Below, piece after piece: positions 14,021 through 28,200 of a stretch of 49,248 nucleotides of DNA. Source of the DNA: Proteromonas lacertae (lineage: Eukaryota); the NCBI GenBank assembly GCA_002245135.1, contig NGBS01000916.1:1-49248 (forward strand). The letters are read 5' to 3'. The notes under the pieces are model-generated. The model was given only the letters and a program-made list of their open reading frames with translations. It was not told where the DNA came from and searched no databases. The translations under genes and the position numbers were made by a program. Numbering within the stretch: position 1 is the first letter of the stretch; every line of letters begins with the position of its first letter.

Positions 14021-16773
14021 ATGTCAATTTCACGCTCACAGAATATTAATAACTTACTAAGACAGTTAATCAGTGTACACGTTCATGAAGAAGATCAACA
14101 GAACAAAGTTTCAAGAATATGTGCTAGAATTCTTGGAAATCAGTCATCTTCTATCTTAGCAGGTATAAAATATAAAATTATAGTTTTAGATAATGTTGAT
14201 AGAATAACCAAATATATTGTAATGAGATTACAATCACCTGAACTAAATTGTGATGGTAGAGCAATAAATCATTTTCTTGAACTTGTCAACAAACTGAAGA
14301 TGCTTAATAATGTGAAAAATAAGGAATCAATTTTGAAATTGTTATATCTATTAAGTGGAACAGCAAAATCAGCCAATAATTACTCAGTTCCAATCATTAT
14401 AGAAAGTCCAAACCCATTACCACCATCTTCGTCATTCTCTGTATATATATTAATAATGCATTCCTTATTATACTGAATTTTAGAAAAATGAATTTTCAAC
14501 CCAAGTTCAGCTCAAAGAAAGTAATTGTATTTATTTCATCATTTATATAATGTACGCATAGCAATTCCATCATTTGCAAAGCAAGGATTTGGAAATAATT
14601 CTATTTCTTTATCATCCTATACATTATCAAATAACTATACATTTGAGATATCTGAACAGTTATTATTAAGAGATTTATTATACATATTTCAAGGAATTGA
14701 TGGTGAATATATCAGATTTAAGTATTGATATATATATATATATATTGATAATTAGTAAGATAAAAGACTGTTATGAAATAACATCAGCAATACCGACAAG
14801 TATCAAAATAATGGTAGAAAAACTCGCAGATATGGGATGGATTTATAATAAAATAAAATCATTATTAAATGAATCTAAATCAAACACATCATTAGGAACA
14901 ATAAACAATGCATTCTGTAGAATCATTGATGACGAATTAAATGAATATTATAGATTAATAGCTATATTGGAAGCTCAAGTGAATTATGATTTATTATCAT
15001 TAACTAATCCATCAATATCCAATATAAATAATAAAACAATACAAGGAATATCATCTTCAACAATAACGCAACAACAACAACAACAACAACAACAAGATGT
15101 AACCAATAAACTAACATTAAGAAAACTGTATATTATATATATAATTGTTATTATAAATAGAATGTTATGGTGTAATGAACCATTAGAAAAATTAAAGTTT
15201 ATATGTGAAATATTGGATTCAGTTCATTTATTAAAAGGTGGTGCATTGATTAATTCAATATACTATTACTCACAACATGGTGATCATATAATAACATTAT
15301 TAACTCATAAAATATTATCACAATTATGCTTACCATTATATGATATGATTCAATCATGGATTATTAGTGGTGAATTGATAGATAATTATCAAGAATTCTT
15401 TATATATAAGAGTATATTTTTATCATAACATATATATATATAGATAATAATGAAGAGGAAATAATAGATCCTTGGAAATCAAAATATTTAATAAATGATA
15501 CACTCAAACCTTTATTCTTTACAAGACAAATCACTTCTGATATATTATTAGTAGGAAAAAGCATTAATTTCTTAAGAGAAAATTGTGAAAATCATGATGT
15601 ATATATTATTATTATTATTATATGTAGTGGGTAATGGATGATGATTATCTTAATGAATTATACAAATTTCAATTTAATTATGACAATATTAATGAATTCC
15701 ATGATTTAGTAAGAACATCTCTTGCTAAAGTAAGTGAGCATTTAGTCACAATGGTTAAAGATGAATTCAATTTATTAGACCATTTACAAGCATTGAAAAG
15801 CTATTTATTACTTGGACAAGGTGATTTTATTGAGATATTAATAGAGAAATTATCATCAGAATTATCAAAAGAGAGAAGACAAATCTATTTACACAATCTC
15901 TCAAGTATATTAGAATCATCAATTAGAAGCTCCAATGCACAATATACAAAGAGAGAAATAACTAACCGATTACAAGTTAAACTGTTAGATAAAGGAACTT
16001 CTGGTTGGGAAATATTCACTTTAGATTATGAAATACCTAAAACACTATCTGCTATAATATCACCATTATCAATGAGGAATTATTTATTTATATTTCATTT
16101 CTTGTTTAATATTACACATTGTGAATGTTTATTGAATGAATTGTGGAGTCAGTTGGGTATTATCTCTAAAGAATTGAAATATGCAGATGAAGAACCACTA
16201 TTAAGTTATTACATAAGTCAATGTTTTATAGAAAGAAGTGAAATGTATTCTGTACTGAAGAATATTTTGGATTATATAATGGTTGAAGTAGTTGAAAGAG
16301 CATGGGAAGAACTTAAAAATACTGTTAAAAATGGTAAAGATATGGATGAATTAGTGAAATCTCATCACAACTTTATTAAGTTTATAAAAGAGAATGGTTT
16401 TATGAATGATAAAAATAGTGAAATATTTAATAATATTATTTTACTATTAGACGTAATTGTTCAATTCTGCACTACTCAAGAGACTAATTTGATGAATATT
16501 TATGATAGAAATAATAAGAAGAGAAGTTATAATGAAGAGAATGAAAGAAGAGCACAAGAAGGTTTAGGCTGGGCTGCTGATTCTGCTTCACTATACAATT
16601 TCGAAACTGAAATACAAAACTTTACTGCCAAAGGATTGAATCAATTGTATCAAAGTCAAAATGATTTTAGAAATACTTTTCTTACTTTAAGAAAACTTTT
16701 ACAAGATACAAACAATTATAATACACTTCTATTCAGAATGGATTATAATGAGTTTTATTCTAATCAATTATAG
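14021..16773 (+). CDS. TUBGCP3: Gamma-tubulin complex component 3 (Spc98/GCP3); 7 introns: 14163-14189, 14441-14483, 14527 (or 14521)-14561, 14722-14755, 15128-15160, 15412-15443, 15599-15627
   Basis: SEQLLLRDLLYIFQGIDGEYI, EYYRLIAILEAQ, KGGALI..HGD, LLVGKSINFLRENC, YLLLGQGDFI, GWEIFTLDY, FRMDYNEFY. Splicing gives one open frame. Confidence 0.92.
15069..15095 (+). repeat. (CAA)9 polyglutamine tract in GCP3
   Basis: Seen directly. Confidence 0.9.
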
Positions 16774-16967
16774 ACTATTTTATATATTGAAATGTTTTTT
16801 GTATTGTGTTGATTTTTTAAAATTATCCAAAACAAAAAATAATAATGAATTAGTTATTAATTATATAAAATCACATATTAATAATAAAATAGAAAAGTAA
16901 ATTTTATACTATATCACAATACTAGTTAAGATTAACAATAGAGGTAGAACTAGTAGAATATATCTAA

Positions 16968-18395
16968 TTATTCAATTGATGAATATCCACCACTATTTCC
17001 ACTACTTCCTTCATCATCATTATCATCTTCTTCATCATCTAAGTAACCATAATCTGAATCATAATTTTCTATTTCATCCTCTTCACTCTTATTAATACCA
17101 AGAGTAGGAAATGCAGTATTTATTCTATTAATTGTTTCATTCTCATTTTCTACAACATTAGCACTCATTGTAATAACTTCTAATTGATTAAGAATAGATT
17201 TATGGTGTATAAAACTATCTATACCAACATCAGTTATTCTATTTTCTATTTCATTATAAAAATCAGTAAAATACTATCAACACATAACCTCAATAAATGA
17301 GGAATATTTATAAAATTCTCACATAAAGTAATAAAGCCAAAATCACTCACTTCATTATCTATTTAGATTATATATGTAAATATGTATATGTATACCACTT
17401 AAATTAAGATATGTAAGACAAGATATTTTCTTCAAACTTTGGCATAGTAATGTAACTCCATCATCACCAACGCTGTTTGTATTTAAATCAAGTTCAACTA
17501 ACTTTGGTATATATCTAAAGCTAGATATAAGTACTTTCAATCCATCGATTCTTATATGGTTAAATGCTAGTATTAAGAAGCACAAATTGTTCAAATACTC
17601 TAATGCATTTGCTAAATACATTGTTCCATCATCTGTAATTCCATTATCTATACATAATAATAAAAATGACTATTATATATATATATATAATACTTGTTAA
17701 ATCCAGATATGTTATATAAGACATTGAAGAGAATTTCATACTTAAATATTCAACACCTATATCACATATTCTGACTATTAATTGTATTATATTTAATATC
17801 AATCAATATACAATTTATAAGATATATTTTGTCTATTTCAGCTGTATAATCTGACGATATTTCCTCATCTATCATCTTCTCTATATTACATTTTATAATT
17901 ATATCTCATTTGTATATTATATATACTTAATAATGGATCAAATATCATAGAGTCATTAAAGTAATAATCATTATCTTTAAATAACTTCACCATCCTATCC
18001 ACCTTTTGCCAATCTTCATAATAATCACTACGCTTAATCATTTTTTCTTCTAGTAATTCTTTACTAAAATCGTATTCTCTCCATCTGTTATCCACTATAA
18101 ATAAATCACAAAAGTTTTCCTCCTTAATACTGAGTATCTCGCACAACCTTTTATTCATAAAATCTTTTGACAATGGTGGTGTTCTTTTAGGATGACTTTT
18201 TATAAATATATAATTATCTGCCATTCTTACAATCTCAAAGTACTCCAAATAAATAGCAGAAAAATAACTAAGTAAATCACAGCATTCATGAAAATAACAC
18301 TTCATTTTGGCAATTTTTAGACTATTACTACATATTCCAAAATCATTTGAATCTTTGAATGGTATCACTGTAATTGGTGTTTGTTTAGCAAGCAT
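16968..18395 (-). CDS. RNI-like leucine-rich repeat protein with acidic tail; introns 17881-17926, 17775-17811, 17648-17693, 17359-17395, 17246-17274
   Basis: Repeats such as LDLTNNGITDDG, LAFNHIRIDG, LDLNTNSVGDDG and LNLSDNEVSDFG. GT-AG splicing joins three ORF fragments in frame. Confidence 0.82.
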
Positions 18396-18530
18396 TTTGT
18401 TACAAACCACTATCTCAATCTAAATGCACAACGGAATTGCCAAAATTTTTAAAAAGCTTGTTAATGGATTTGATAAAATATTCTCAAAAACAAACCCCCA
18501 AAATGATTTATTAGGAAAAAACAATATTAA

Positions 18531-19170
18531 CTAATTATTCTTCTCATTAACATCTGTATTTTGCAATAATGCATCCCATTGAGCTAGTAATTCGGAAGAT
18601 CCGTCAGGTAATTGATTTTCAGAAGTAATCAACTCATCACTTCCATCATTGTCTTCATCTGGATGTAATTCTTGACATTCTGATATTATTCCAAACATGT
18701 CTGCCAGTTTATTAATTAAGGATAATTATAAGTATATCAATCATAAAAATGATATATTTTGAATCATCATCAGGTACTAATATCATTTCGTTTTGTTCTT
18801 CACCTTCTGATAACTATATTAGGTTAATTTAGAAGAATAAAGTAATACATGACAATACAGACAGGGTTTATCATTTACATTTGTGTCTTTACAAACTGCA
18901 TGAAGTGCAATTGTAGGATAATCTATAATATAACCTGAACATGTTTCGCCTGTTGGCATAACCCAATACACAAATCTATTAATATTACAAATTTGTTTTA
19001 AATAATAAACTGATTTTATACTCTGTTGTTATAATAAGTGTTCTATTACCTCCCATTTCTTGGTTTTTATATTTCATCGCTACATTATTCACAATCAATT
19101 TTATTTCTTCATCTGATGCACATTGAATATGGCCTTCAATATATTGACCTGTATAAACTGATAAAACCAT
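18531..19170 (-). CDS. CLNS1A: pICln / methylosome subunit (Voldacs domain); introns 18976-19021 and 18814-18848 (GT-AG), and 18707-18755 (AT-AC)
   Basis: Spliced protein contains TLIITTEFVYW, GYIIDYPTIALHAVCKD, PCLYCHL and EMILVPDDDSKLADMFGIISECQELHPD, matching the pICln motifs YP.I.LHA and F.AM..CQ.LHPD. Confidence 0.88.
18707..18755 (-). other. U12-type AT-AC minor spliceosomal intron, 49 nt
   Basis: 5' end ATATCATTTT, branch site TCCTTAAT (18722-18715), 3' end AAAC. Removal restores SK-L-ADMF in frame. Confidence 0.87.
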
Positions 19171-19270
19171 GATTTAATTAATTTATGAAACGAATCAATT
19201 TTTATTAATTGCTTTTATTCATCAAATAACAACACATATTAAAAATTAACCATTAGTTTTACTAAAATAG

Positions 19271-22200
19271 TTATATACTTAACACATCTTGAGGTTGTAA
19301 GAGTATATATGGTTGATGTAATCCCCAATTTGTTGACTCAGGGTCACAAGGTACTTGGAAGTAGAATAATGACTTATCATATTTATAATTAATAGTACCA
19401 TAGTCTTTATATATTGGAATTATCACATACTCAGGATCAGTATTGTCTTCACTAGCTTCTACTTTAAACATATGATTATGTGACTGTTCACCAAATACTG
19501 GTGTAAATAACAAAGTCGGGAAGGATTGATTATTATCAAAATCAGCAGATGTAGTTGACATATTGTTAATCTTAGGCTGCTTAATAGCCTTAATATCATA
19601 ATCATAATAACAATTATAGAGCGTCAATGATTTCACATAAAAACCATTCTGTAATGAAACAGGTAAATAATTTGGATCTAAATCATAATCAATATTGAGT
19701 GGTGTAATTTTAAATGTTACATTGGAGAATGATGTTTGTAATTTATTCGCATAAATATGTCTCATTGCTTCAATCACACCAATTGGCCATCTAATTAGGT
19801 TGAAATCAAATGTAATTGAATGTTTGCCAATTATACTACTAACATATTGTATTGTTGTTGTTAAATAATGAACATATTCTGATGCTTTCTTTGAATTATA
19901 TTCCCATAAATTATACCAATCTTTTGGAGTGATATTTCTCTCAATTGCATCATTCATTACATGTAAAAATGAAGTAATTATTCTATTATCTTGATTGGAG
20001 ATATATTTAATAACATCATTCATTATAAACTTCTGTATATAATATAAATCATGTATTGATAGTTGTAATAATTCAATTAATGGGAATTGATATGTCTCAA
20101 TATGTGAATTGTACATTTCCTTTAATAAAATTGGTGTAATTGAATAATTTGAGTGTTTATTCATACCATCAGATGCATGTGAACCAAAACTAGATAATCT
20201 TCTCATTGGTGGAGCTAATATAGTTCGAGTCAAATCTAATAATACTTGAGATGGTGTATTTACTGATAGATTACTGGAACTTGGGTATATACCTAATAAT
20301 GAATCAGTTACTTGTGTTGGTAAGTTTTGTATGTAATTTATATATTGAGAAAGATCCTTAATACCACTTGGAGGAAACATATAAACAGTATAATCACTGG
20401 AAGATTGTAATAAACACTTTTCTAATGAAATACTTCGACTATATAACTCATGAACAATTGATTGAACTGTGCAACCATTGATAATCTCATGTGTTGATGA
20501 ATAGATGATTGTACAAACTAAGTTATAGATTGTATAGAAGAATGTCTCAGTGTCTGACTTATAGTATTTAATTAACTTCATATACACTTGTATTAATATA
20601 TACCAATCATTTAATATCACTGGTTCACCAATATAGTAATTCTCATTGAATCTCAATTGACGTAATAATAACATTGAATGAAATACTGATAGTGAATAAA
20701 ATAATCTCTTTTGTATAGCATCTTTTGAGAATAAATATAATTTCATATTCTTTATCACAGTCTTATTGAATAGATAAGTTAAATATGACTTCAATTGTCT
20801 TGGTATTTCTATATTAATTTGATGAACATTTCGTAAAAATGTATATGGGAATGTAATCTTAGAAGATGTAACAATAAATAATCTATAACCTCTATTAGTA
20901 GCTCTTTTTCTACTCGATTTACTGCCAGTTAATGATAGTTTATTTATATCATCAATAAATGTATTACAATCCAATAAAACTAACCATTTTCCTTGCTCTC
21001 TTGCATTTTCAATATCTCTATTAACACTCTCAATATCTGCAGGTGATTTAGCAATTAATTCTTTATTATTAGATACTGCTAATTCATTTAACATATCCAA
21101 TGGATAATTAGACTGCGATGAATATTTCAATAAGATAGGAGTGAATAAATCAATAGATACTAACTTCCTATCAATCTTTACTTCATGATATAAGGAAACT
21201 GGTTTATCTAAGATTGCACCAATGAAATAACATACTTCTTCTTGATATATTTGTGGTTTTATAATTCTCCATAATAGGAACTTATAGAATGGTGGTAATT
21301 TTATATATGGTTCTGGAAAATCTAAATCTAAATTAGGATTCAAATTATTAAATATTTTTATCCAAATATCTCTATGGTTTTGTATATCTTCACATAGATT
21401 ATTAAACTCAGGAATATTCACTGATGCTGATTGTATTGTATTGTATTGTATTTGACTAATAAATACAGTAGGTAGTATTTCATATTGGTAATTTGACTCA
21501 TAGGATTGAACAATATAATTTTGTGCTACTAGTGGATAATCATCTAGATATCTGTATAATATTAAACATAAATTCAAACCACAGGTTAATCGAATATCCA
21601 TAGATGTTGTTTCAGCTAAATAATCATATATTTTGTAGGTAAAATCTAATAGAACATCATATATGTTATTATCTGTAATATATTTGAATTTTGGTTCACT
21701 TAATGTTTTATAGAATAAATGTATGAATATATCAAAGTTAAAAGTACACCAAGGATCTTTAGGTGTAATATCTACTAATGTCTGATATATAACGGCTATA
21801 TTTTCAATAATAGGAATTAAGCTCTCAAACTGTTGTACAAAGTTTTGGTATTGATGTAAAACATTTTCATATTCACTCTTCTTCTGAAGATATTTATCTT
21901 TTACTTGACTTAATTCTTCTATAGATGCAGCTTCAGCTAAAAAGTCATTATTCAAACATGAAAAACTTTTATACATATTATTCTCAGCTACTGTAAAATC
22001 AATATATTTCTGTTTAATATCTTGTAAGAATTGTTGTTGTTTTTCTTTATCTTTTTGACTTCTATAGCTCAATACCAATGACATTACTGGCTCAGTGAAT
22101 AAACTATGTGTAGCAGATAAATTCACTATTTGAACTTTATTTCTTAAAAACTTTGGCATTGTAAATGTGTTAGTATCAGTGTAAAAGTATAACATAGTAT

Positions 22201-25200
22201 CAGGATGAATATCCACAATCGTATTCTCTATTTTCAATTGTATTTTGTCTCGTGTAAACAATGCATGATATAACAACGGTTCAAATATTGATTTATTCTG
22301 TTCAGTAACACTACCAATCACTAATACAGCACCTCTTCTTATAGACTCAATAACAGTATCAGCTAAGGCTTTATCACTTCCATTTAACATTATTATTTCT
22401 CTACCAACATGAGCTGCTTGAATCCATCTTATACCAATACCTAAAGGATCAATAAAGTAACACCATTGACTACAAGTACCTTGAATCATCATACTTTCAG
22501 TAATATATTCACTACTTGGTATTCCTTCAATATTCCATTGATAGACTTGAGTATTAATATCAAAGAAATCAATTAATGAGAGATTTGGCGTATATTCCAA
22601 GTCATATTTCTCACAGATTAAACACCATTCATCATATATTTTACTTCGCTCCATTTCAGTCATACATCCCATAAACTCCACTCTACAACATGATAGTAAT
22701 AAATTAGTCTCTATGTTAGCTATATCGATTGATAGATTCTGTTGTTTTGCTTCAAATGTTGGCATTTCCCCTAACAATGTGTCTTGGAAGGCTTTTATAT
22801 TCTTCAACTCCTCTGCTAATTCATCATCTTGATCTTTTACTTTATTAAATTCTTCTCTTTTAGTTTGAGTTGATTTTGATATTTCTTCATAGATCTTCTT
22901 TGAACTTACATATTTTTTATGATTCTTCATAAACTTATCTTGAAATTCCTCTAACTCTTTCTTACATTTATCAATCACATCTCTTTCCTCATTATGTCTC
23001 CACCACTCTTTACATGCATCAACTACTACCAACATCCAATCTCTAATACACTGTATTGGATAAGGTAAAAAATCACGATCTTCTTTACTATACACATCTT
23101 GAGTGATATATTCTTTATCTAAATACTCTAAAACTGGTTTAGGAATATTACCAACATCAAATTTATCTATTCTTAATAATATCTCATAATTATCTAATAA
23201 ATCTTTCACCATTTCCCATTTCATTGTATCATCCCATTTCTCATATGTTTGTTGATTCATTATCATTATTACACTATATAATATACTACTAATACCAGCT
23301 GGAACATTAAATAAATTACGTATAAAATCTAAATCTACTTTTGATATTTTTTGACATTTTTCATTACACTGTTTTACTTTATCCATAAAAGGACCCATTG
23401 ATTTTGTATAAATCGCTTCAACTTTGGCATATTCTTCTTCTCTTTCAGCTTTTAATTTGATTAACTCATTTTCAATCTTTTCATATTTCTTAAATGATTC
23501 TTCTGCTGAATTGTAAACATCTTGTGTTGATTTGAACTTTTCATACATTTCTAAATACACTTTATGTATTGGCTCATATTTGGCTTTACAATCAGCTAAC
23601 CTTTGTTTGATTTGTGACAAACTATCAACTACCAATAATAATCCTTCCATTTTAGCTTCTCTTTCAGGTTTCATTATATCTAAATATGTTGTATATCTTT
23701 CTAATAAAGAAACGAAATTACTAATAGTTGGAATTGGATATAACACATTCAATGTTGGGAAATTATCACAAACTTCTAAGAATATTGTTGAAACAACATT
23801 ACAAAGACTTTCTATATAATAACTATCAACAGATGTTCTTAAGAAATATTGATATGCAATTTGACATAAATCATTATATTCATATGGTTTAACTAAATAT
23901 AAGGATGTATATTTCATTATAAACGGAGCAGTTTGTATAATTTGATAGAAATCAGTTGTAGTTGGTACAGATAATACAATTCTTAGATTCTTTCTAGCCA
24001 TTTGATATAATTCATGTACAATTTCTAAACTGTTCATTCCTGGTGGTAAACTACCTCTTACCTTCTGGTATAATGCACATAATGTTGCTAAACATTCATT
24101 AGACAACATCCAATGAGGTAAATGACCACTTAATAATTCTAATATGTCTGATAATCTACCTGAGTTATCACTGATTATACTATAATCAATACTTAATACT
24201 AATGGTATGGTTGAATGTGTAACTGTTTCTAATAATGTCATTAATCTTACTCTCCATAATGCATTAGTTTCAGTTGGTTGGAATATCATAATATCATAAT
24301 TCAAATAACTTCCAGCACAATATACTGGCAATAGTGATACTTCATCGTTATTATAAACATATACCAAATTATAAGGTGATATTTGTAGTGAGTTAATACA
24401 GAATATAATAGATTCAACAGTACTATAGAATAATGGGAATGCTAATGGTTTGGCTGTTTTATTTTGATATTTCTCTAAAGCTTTTTGAAAATCATCAATT
24501 AATTCATTGTAATCTTCATGTCTTTTTACTTTAATATCATCATGTTCACTAGAGGTTAAATAATACAAATTCAATAAATTATTCGTTTCATCGATTTCAT
24601 CATTATCATTGACAGTTGATAAATCGAAATAGTTAGTATGAAATACTGTAGTTAAAGTATCTTCTATTTTAGATAATAAATAATCCAGTGCATAATGGGA
24701 TGTTAGTTTATTATAAGTACATTGTAATAGATTAAATACCCACACTCTCAATAATTCATCACAATCATATAATTGATCTTGTTTAAATAAATATAGCAAT
24801 TGAAAGAATGATGTTGTATCTCTTAACGACATTATTATTGGATCACAAGATTTACAACTAGCTGTAAATGATTTTAATGACTCAAATATCTTGAAGGTAG
24901 CTGATGCAAATAACCTTCCCATTTGTGATACTTCTAATGGAGTATCTTCTTCGTCAAAGAATGGAGATAATATTGTTTCATATATCTTTACTACTTCTGG
25001 TCTTGATAAATTATCCAAATATACTTGAGGTGTTGTAACTCCTAGTAAATTATCACATACATTATTATCAACACTACAAGTAAATATCATCTTTAAATCT
25101 CTGATTGTCTGTCTCTTTAATGTATCATCTCTTACCCATCCTTTATGATCTAATAACTCTCTTAATAAACCAACTGTTGATTCTCTTTTAGAGATTGCTG

Positions 25201-28200
25201 TTTCTAAACAATGTAAATCTTCAATATATATTAATCTCTTATTCTTTGATGATAATACTATTCCAGTATCATAATCTTCTTTATCTACAAATAGTCTTTG
25301 GAATATACTCCACAAATCATCACTCACCATCATTGAATGTAAACTCATACTTGAATAATTCACTTGGTCATTCTTATGATGATGTAAATAATACTTCAAT
25401 GCCATTGATTTACCATTACTCTTTGGTGTAATAAATGTTAAACCATTGTGTTTTTGTAATTGATAAAACATTGTAATATGATGATCCACCATTGCTAATA
25501 CTCGATTCGGTACAATAATCTGATGATGGACTGGATCTAATTCATACATTGGCATACTATTCACTATTTCATCCCAAGTAACCCATAAACCAACTGGCTT
25601 TCTTCTTCCTTTCCAATAGAAATAGGGGAAGTAAATATAATTAAATAGATTACTATTCTCTGGATAAGGTAACATCGCTATTCTATCTTTATACCTTCCA
25701 TCACCTTGTAATGTGTAAGATGTATATGCTTTATTTGGATCTGTCAAGAATAAATAAAAGAAATGTGAAAAAATAGAGAAATTTTCTGTATCTAATAGTG
25801 TTCGAACTGCTAACGTTAAACAGTAAATAGCAATTGATTCCATATCACACAATGAATAATCAACTAATGGCGTAGTATTTGTTTCAACATCTTCACTGGT
25901 TGAATATGGATTATTATGTCTGAAATAATATGATAAATGACTTTCATAATATGTCAAAAAGTTATAAACTAATACAACTTCACTTTGACTAGATACTGAA
26001 AGTGTAATAGATGATTGTAAAAATGATAATGTTGGATTAACTAACCACTCTATTATCTTACGAATATACAACGATTGTTCTAATGTTAATGAGAATAATT
26101 CAGTCATTCCTGCACTTGATTTTGGTCTTCCTGATAATAACAATGTATTATTCATTTCATTATCATTTGGATTTTCATTTGGATTAAATGGTAAAACTGA
26201 ATATTCAGGATGTATTTCATTATCATGTCTGATAAAGAAACTTTCAATTAAATTATACACTTTTGGTTGAGTTTCTGCATCTGTATGTATAATTGCACAT
26301 TCATTAAACACAGCTGGACTTGCATAACATAATGTTCTTGTTTCTAATACAATATTCCATTCTTTCACTATCGATTCCTCTGCATCTTTATTGTAGATTA
26401 TATTTGGTATTGAATCTAACCACCATTTATCGATTGTACCATCTAAACAGATTATCTGTTTATTATAAGTATTGGATTGTTGTAGAAACTTCTTTATTCC
26501 ATGTAATACACCTGGTTGATCTCCTGTTCCAAACCATTGTAATGGAGACATTGTACAAGGATTAATATTACGATAATTCAACTGTTTTCCACGAAACTGT
26601 GATTCTCTCTTTAAACTTCTTAATAATATTCTTCTATATGTTGTTTTACCAGCACCTGGATGACCTGAGATGATTATCTTATTGAATGATTTGATAGATT
26701 GACTTAATGACAAACATGTTTGAATGAATTTAGCTGATGCATAAATACCATTTTCTTTAGAGACTAATTCAATATGCTGTTTCATTGCATCATCAGTATG
26801 AATACCTTTAATAATACATTTATTAAACTCCAATCGAATCATATCTAATATTGAATCAGTCAAAGTTGTACCAACAGCAGAGAATATATACTTTGTTAAT
26901 ACATCATATAAACAATCATCATCACTCATAAATGGATTTAAAAAGTGTAAATAACCAGCATTCGATATAACTGTTGTCATTCCTCTTACATTAAACGTAT
27001 GATTATTTACTGGTGGATAATAATCACTCAAGTGTCTAAAGATAGATGCAATCTTTGTACCTAATTCTTTAGCATTATGAAAACCATAAGAGAAGAATAA
27101 ACCAGTAGCAATATGGTAGAAATCAGGACAAATAACTGATAATACTCGTGTATGATGTTGTAATGATTCTGGTAATGATAAGAACGGTTGGGAAGATGAC
27201 ATAGTAAATACAATTTGACCGTCATGATTGACTTTAGTTGGAATACCATTTAAATCAATATGTGTTTTCTTTGATTTAATCGTTATGTAAATATTCTGTA
27301 ATACACATCCTAAGGTTGATAATGATTCACTTGTTAATTTTTCAATATTTCTAAAACATACATAAAATGGACCTGTTGTAGCTAATCCTATTAAACGATA
27401 TAATTCAGGTATTGTTAAATCTTGACTGCAATGATAACTACTAGTACGATATCCTAATAGATTACTAATATTCTCAAACACTGAATATTTACCAGATACA
27501 CTATTACCATGAATAATGGTTTTATAATGGTGATAGAATGATAAATATAAAGATTCTTCATATTTCAATATATCAGGTGTAATAACGATTCTGATATAAG
27601 ATGGTGAATGTTCATATCCATATTTCATATCATGATACATACAACTAATAGCTACTACTTGGTTATTACATATATCATTCTCACTTGTATCTTTAGGACG
27701 AATACTAGAAGCTGTATTTAATCGAGATGTTGTTTTATTAGTCTCTGATGTAGCTGGTCTTGTCTCAACTGTTTCACTGGTTGTAGTAGCTGTTAATGGT
27801 GTTGAATCACCTGTTGATGGTTGTTGTTGTTGTAGTACTGGTTCACTAGTGGTTTGTGGACTAAGTAATAAATCAGGATTAGATTCATTCAATGTAAATG
27901 TTTCTTTTGGAGTTGATTGGCTAGTTGGTGTTGCTATTGATGTTGGTGTATGAGGTGAATCTGTAATAGATCTCATAGATGCAGAAGTATTCACAATAAT
28001 TCTCTTTTTAGCTGTAGTTTCTGGATCTTTATCAACATCATCAATATTCTTCAAATATGATTTCATTTGTCCAACCCATTCAAACTGATTAGCTTCTAGA
28101 ATACCTCTTTGTATATACAATTGACATGATAATATCATTGATCTTAAATATGTTAATAATTGATGAACTCTTAATAAGACAAATCTTCCAGGTTGCGAAT

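Noticed and set aside
14441..14483. Second U12 intron suggested by TTCCTTAT in GCP3 intron 2
   Set aside because: The 5' site is GTATATAT, not GTATCC, and the branch match is imperfect.
18701..18777. Canonical GT-AG alternative for pICln intron 3 (GTACCT...GGCAG)
   Set aside because: It shifts the frame and deletes the conserved VP.D motif.
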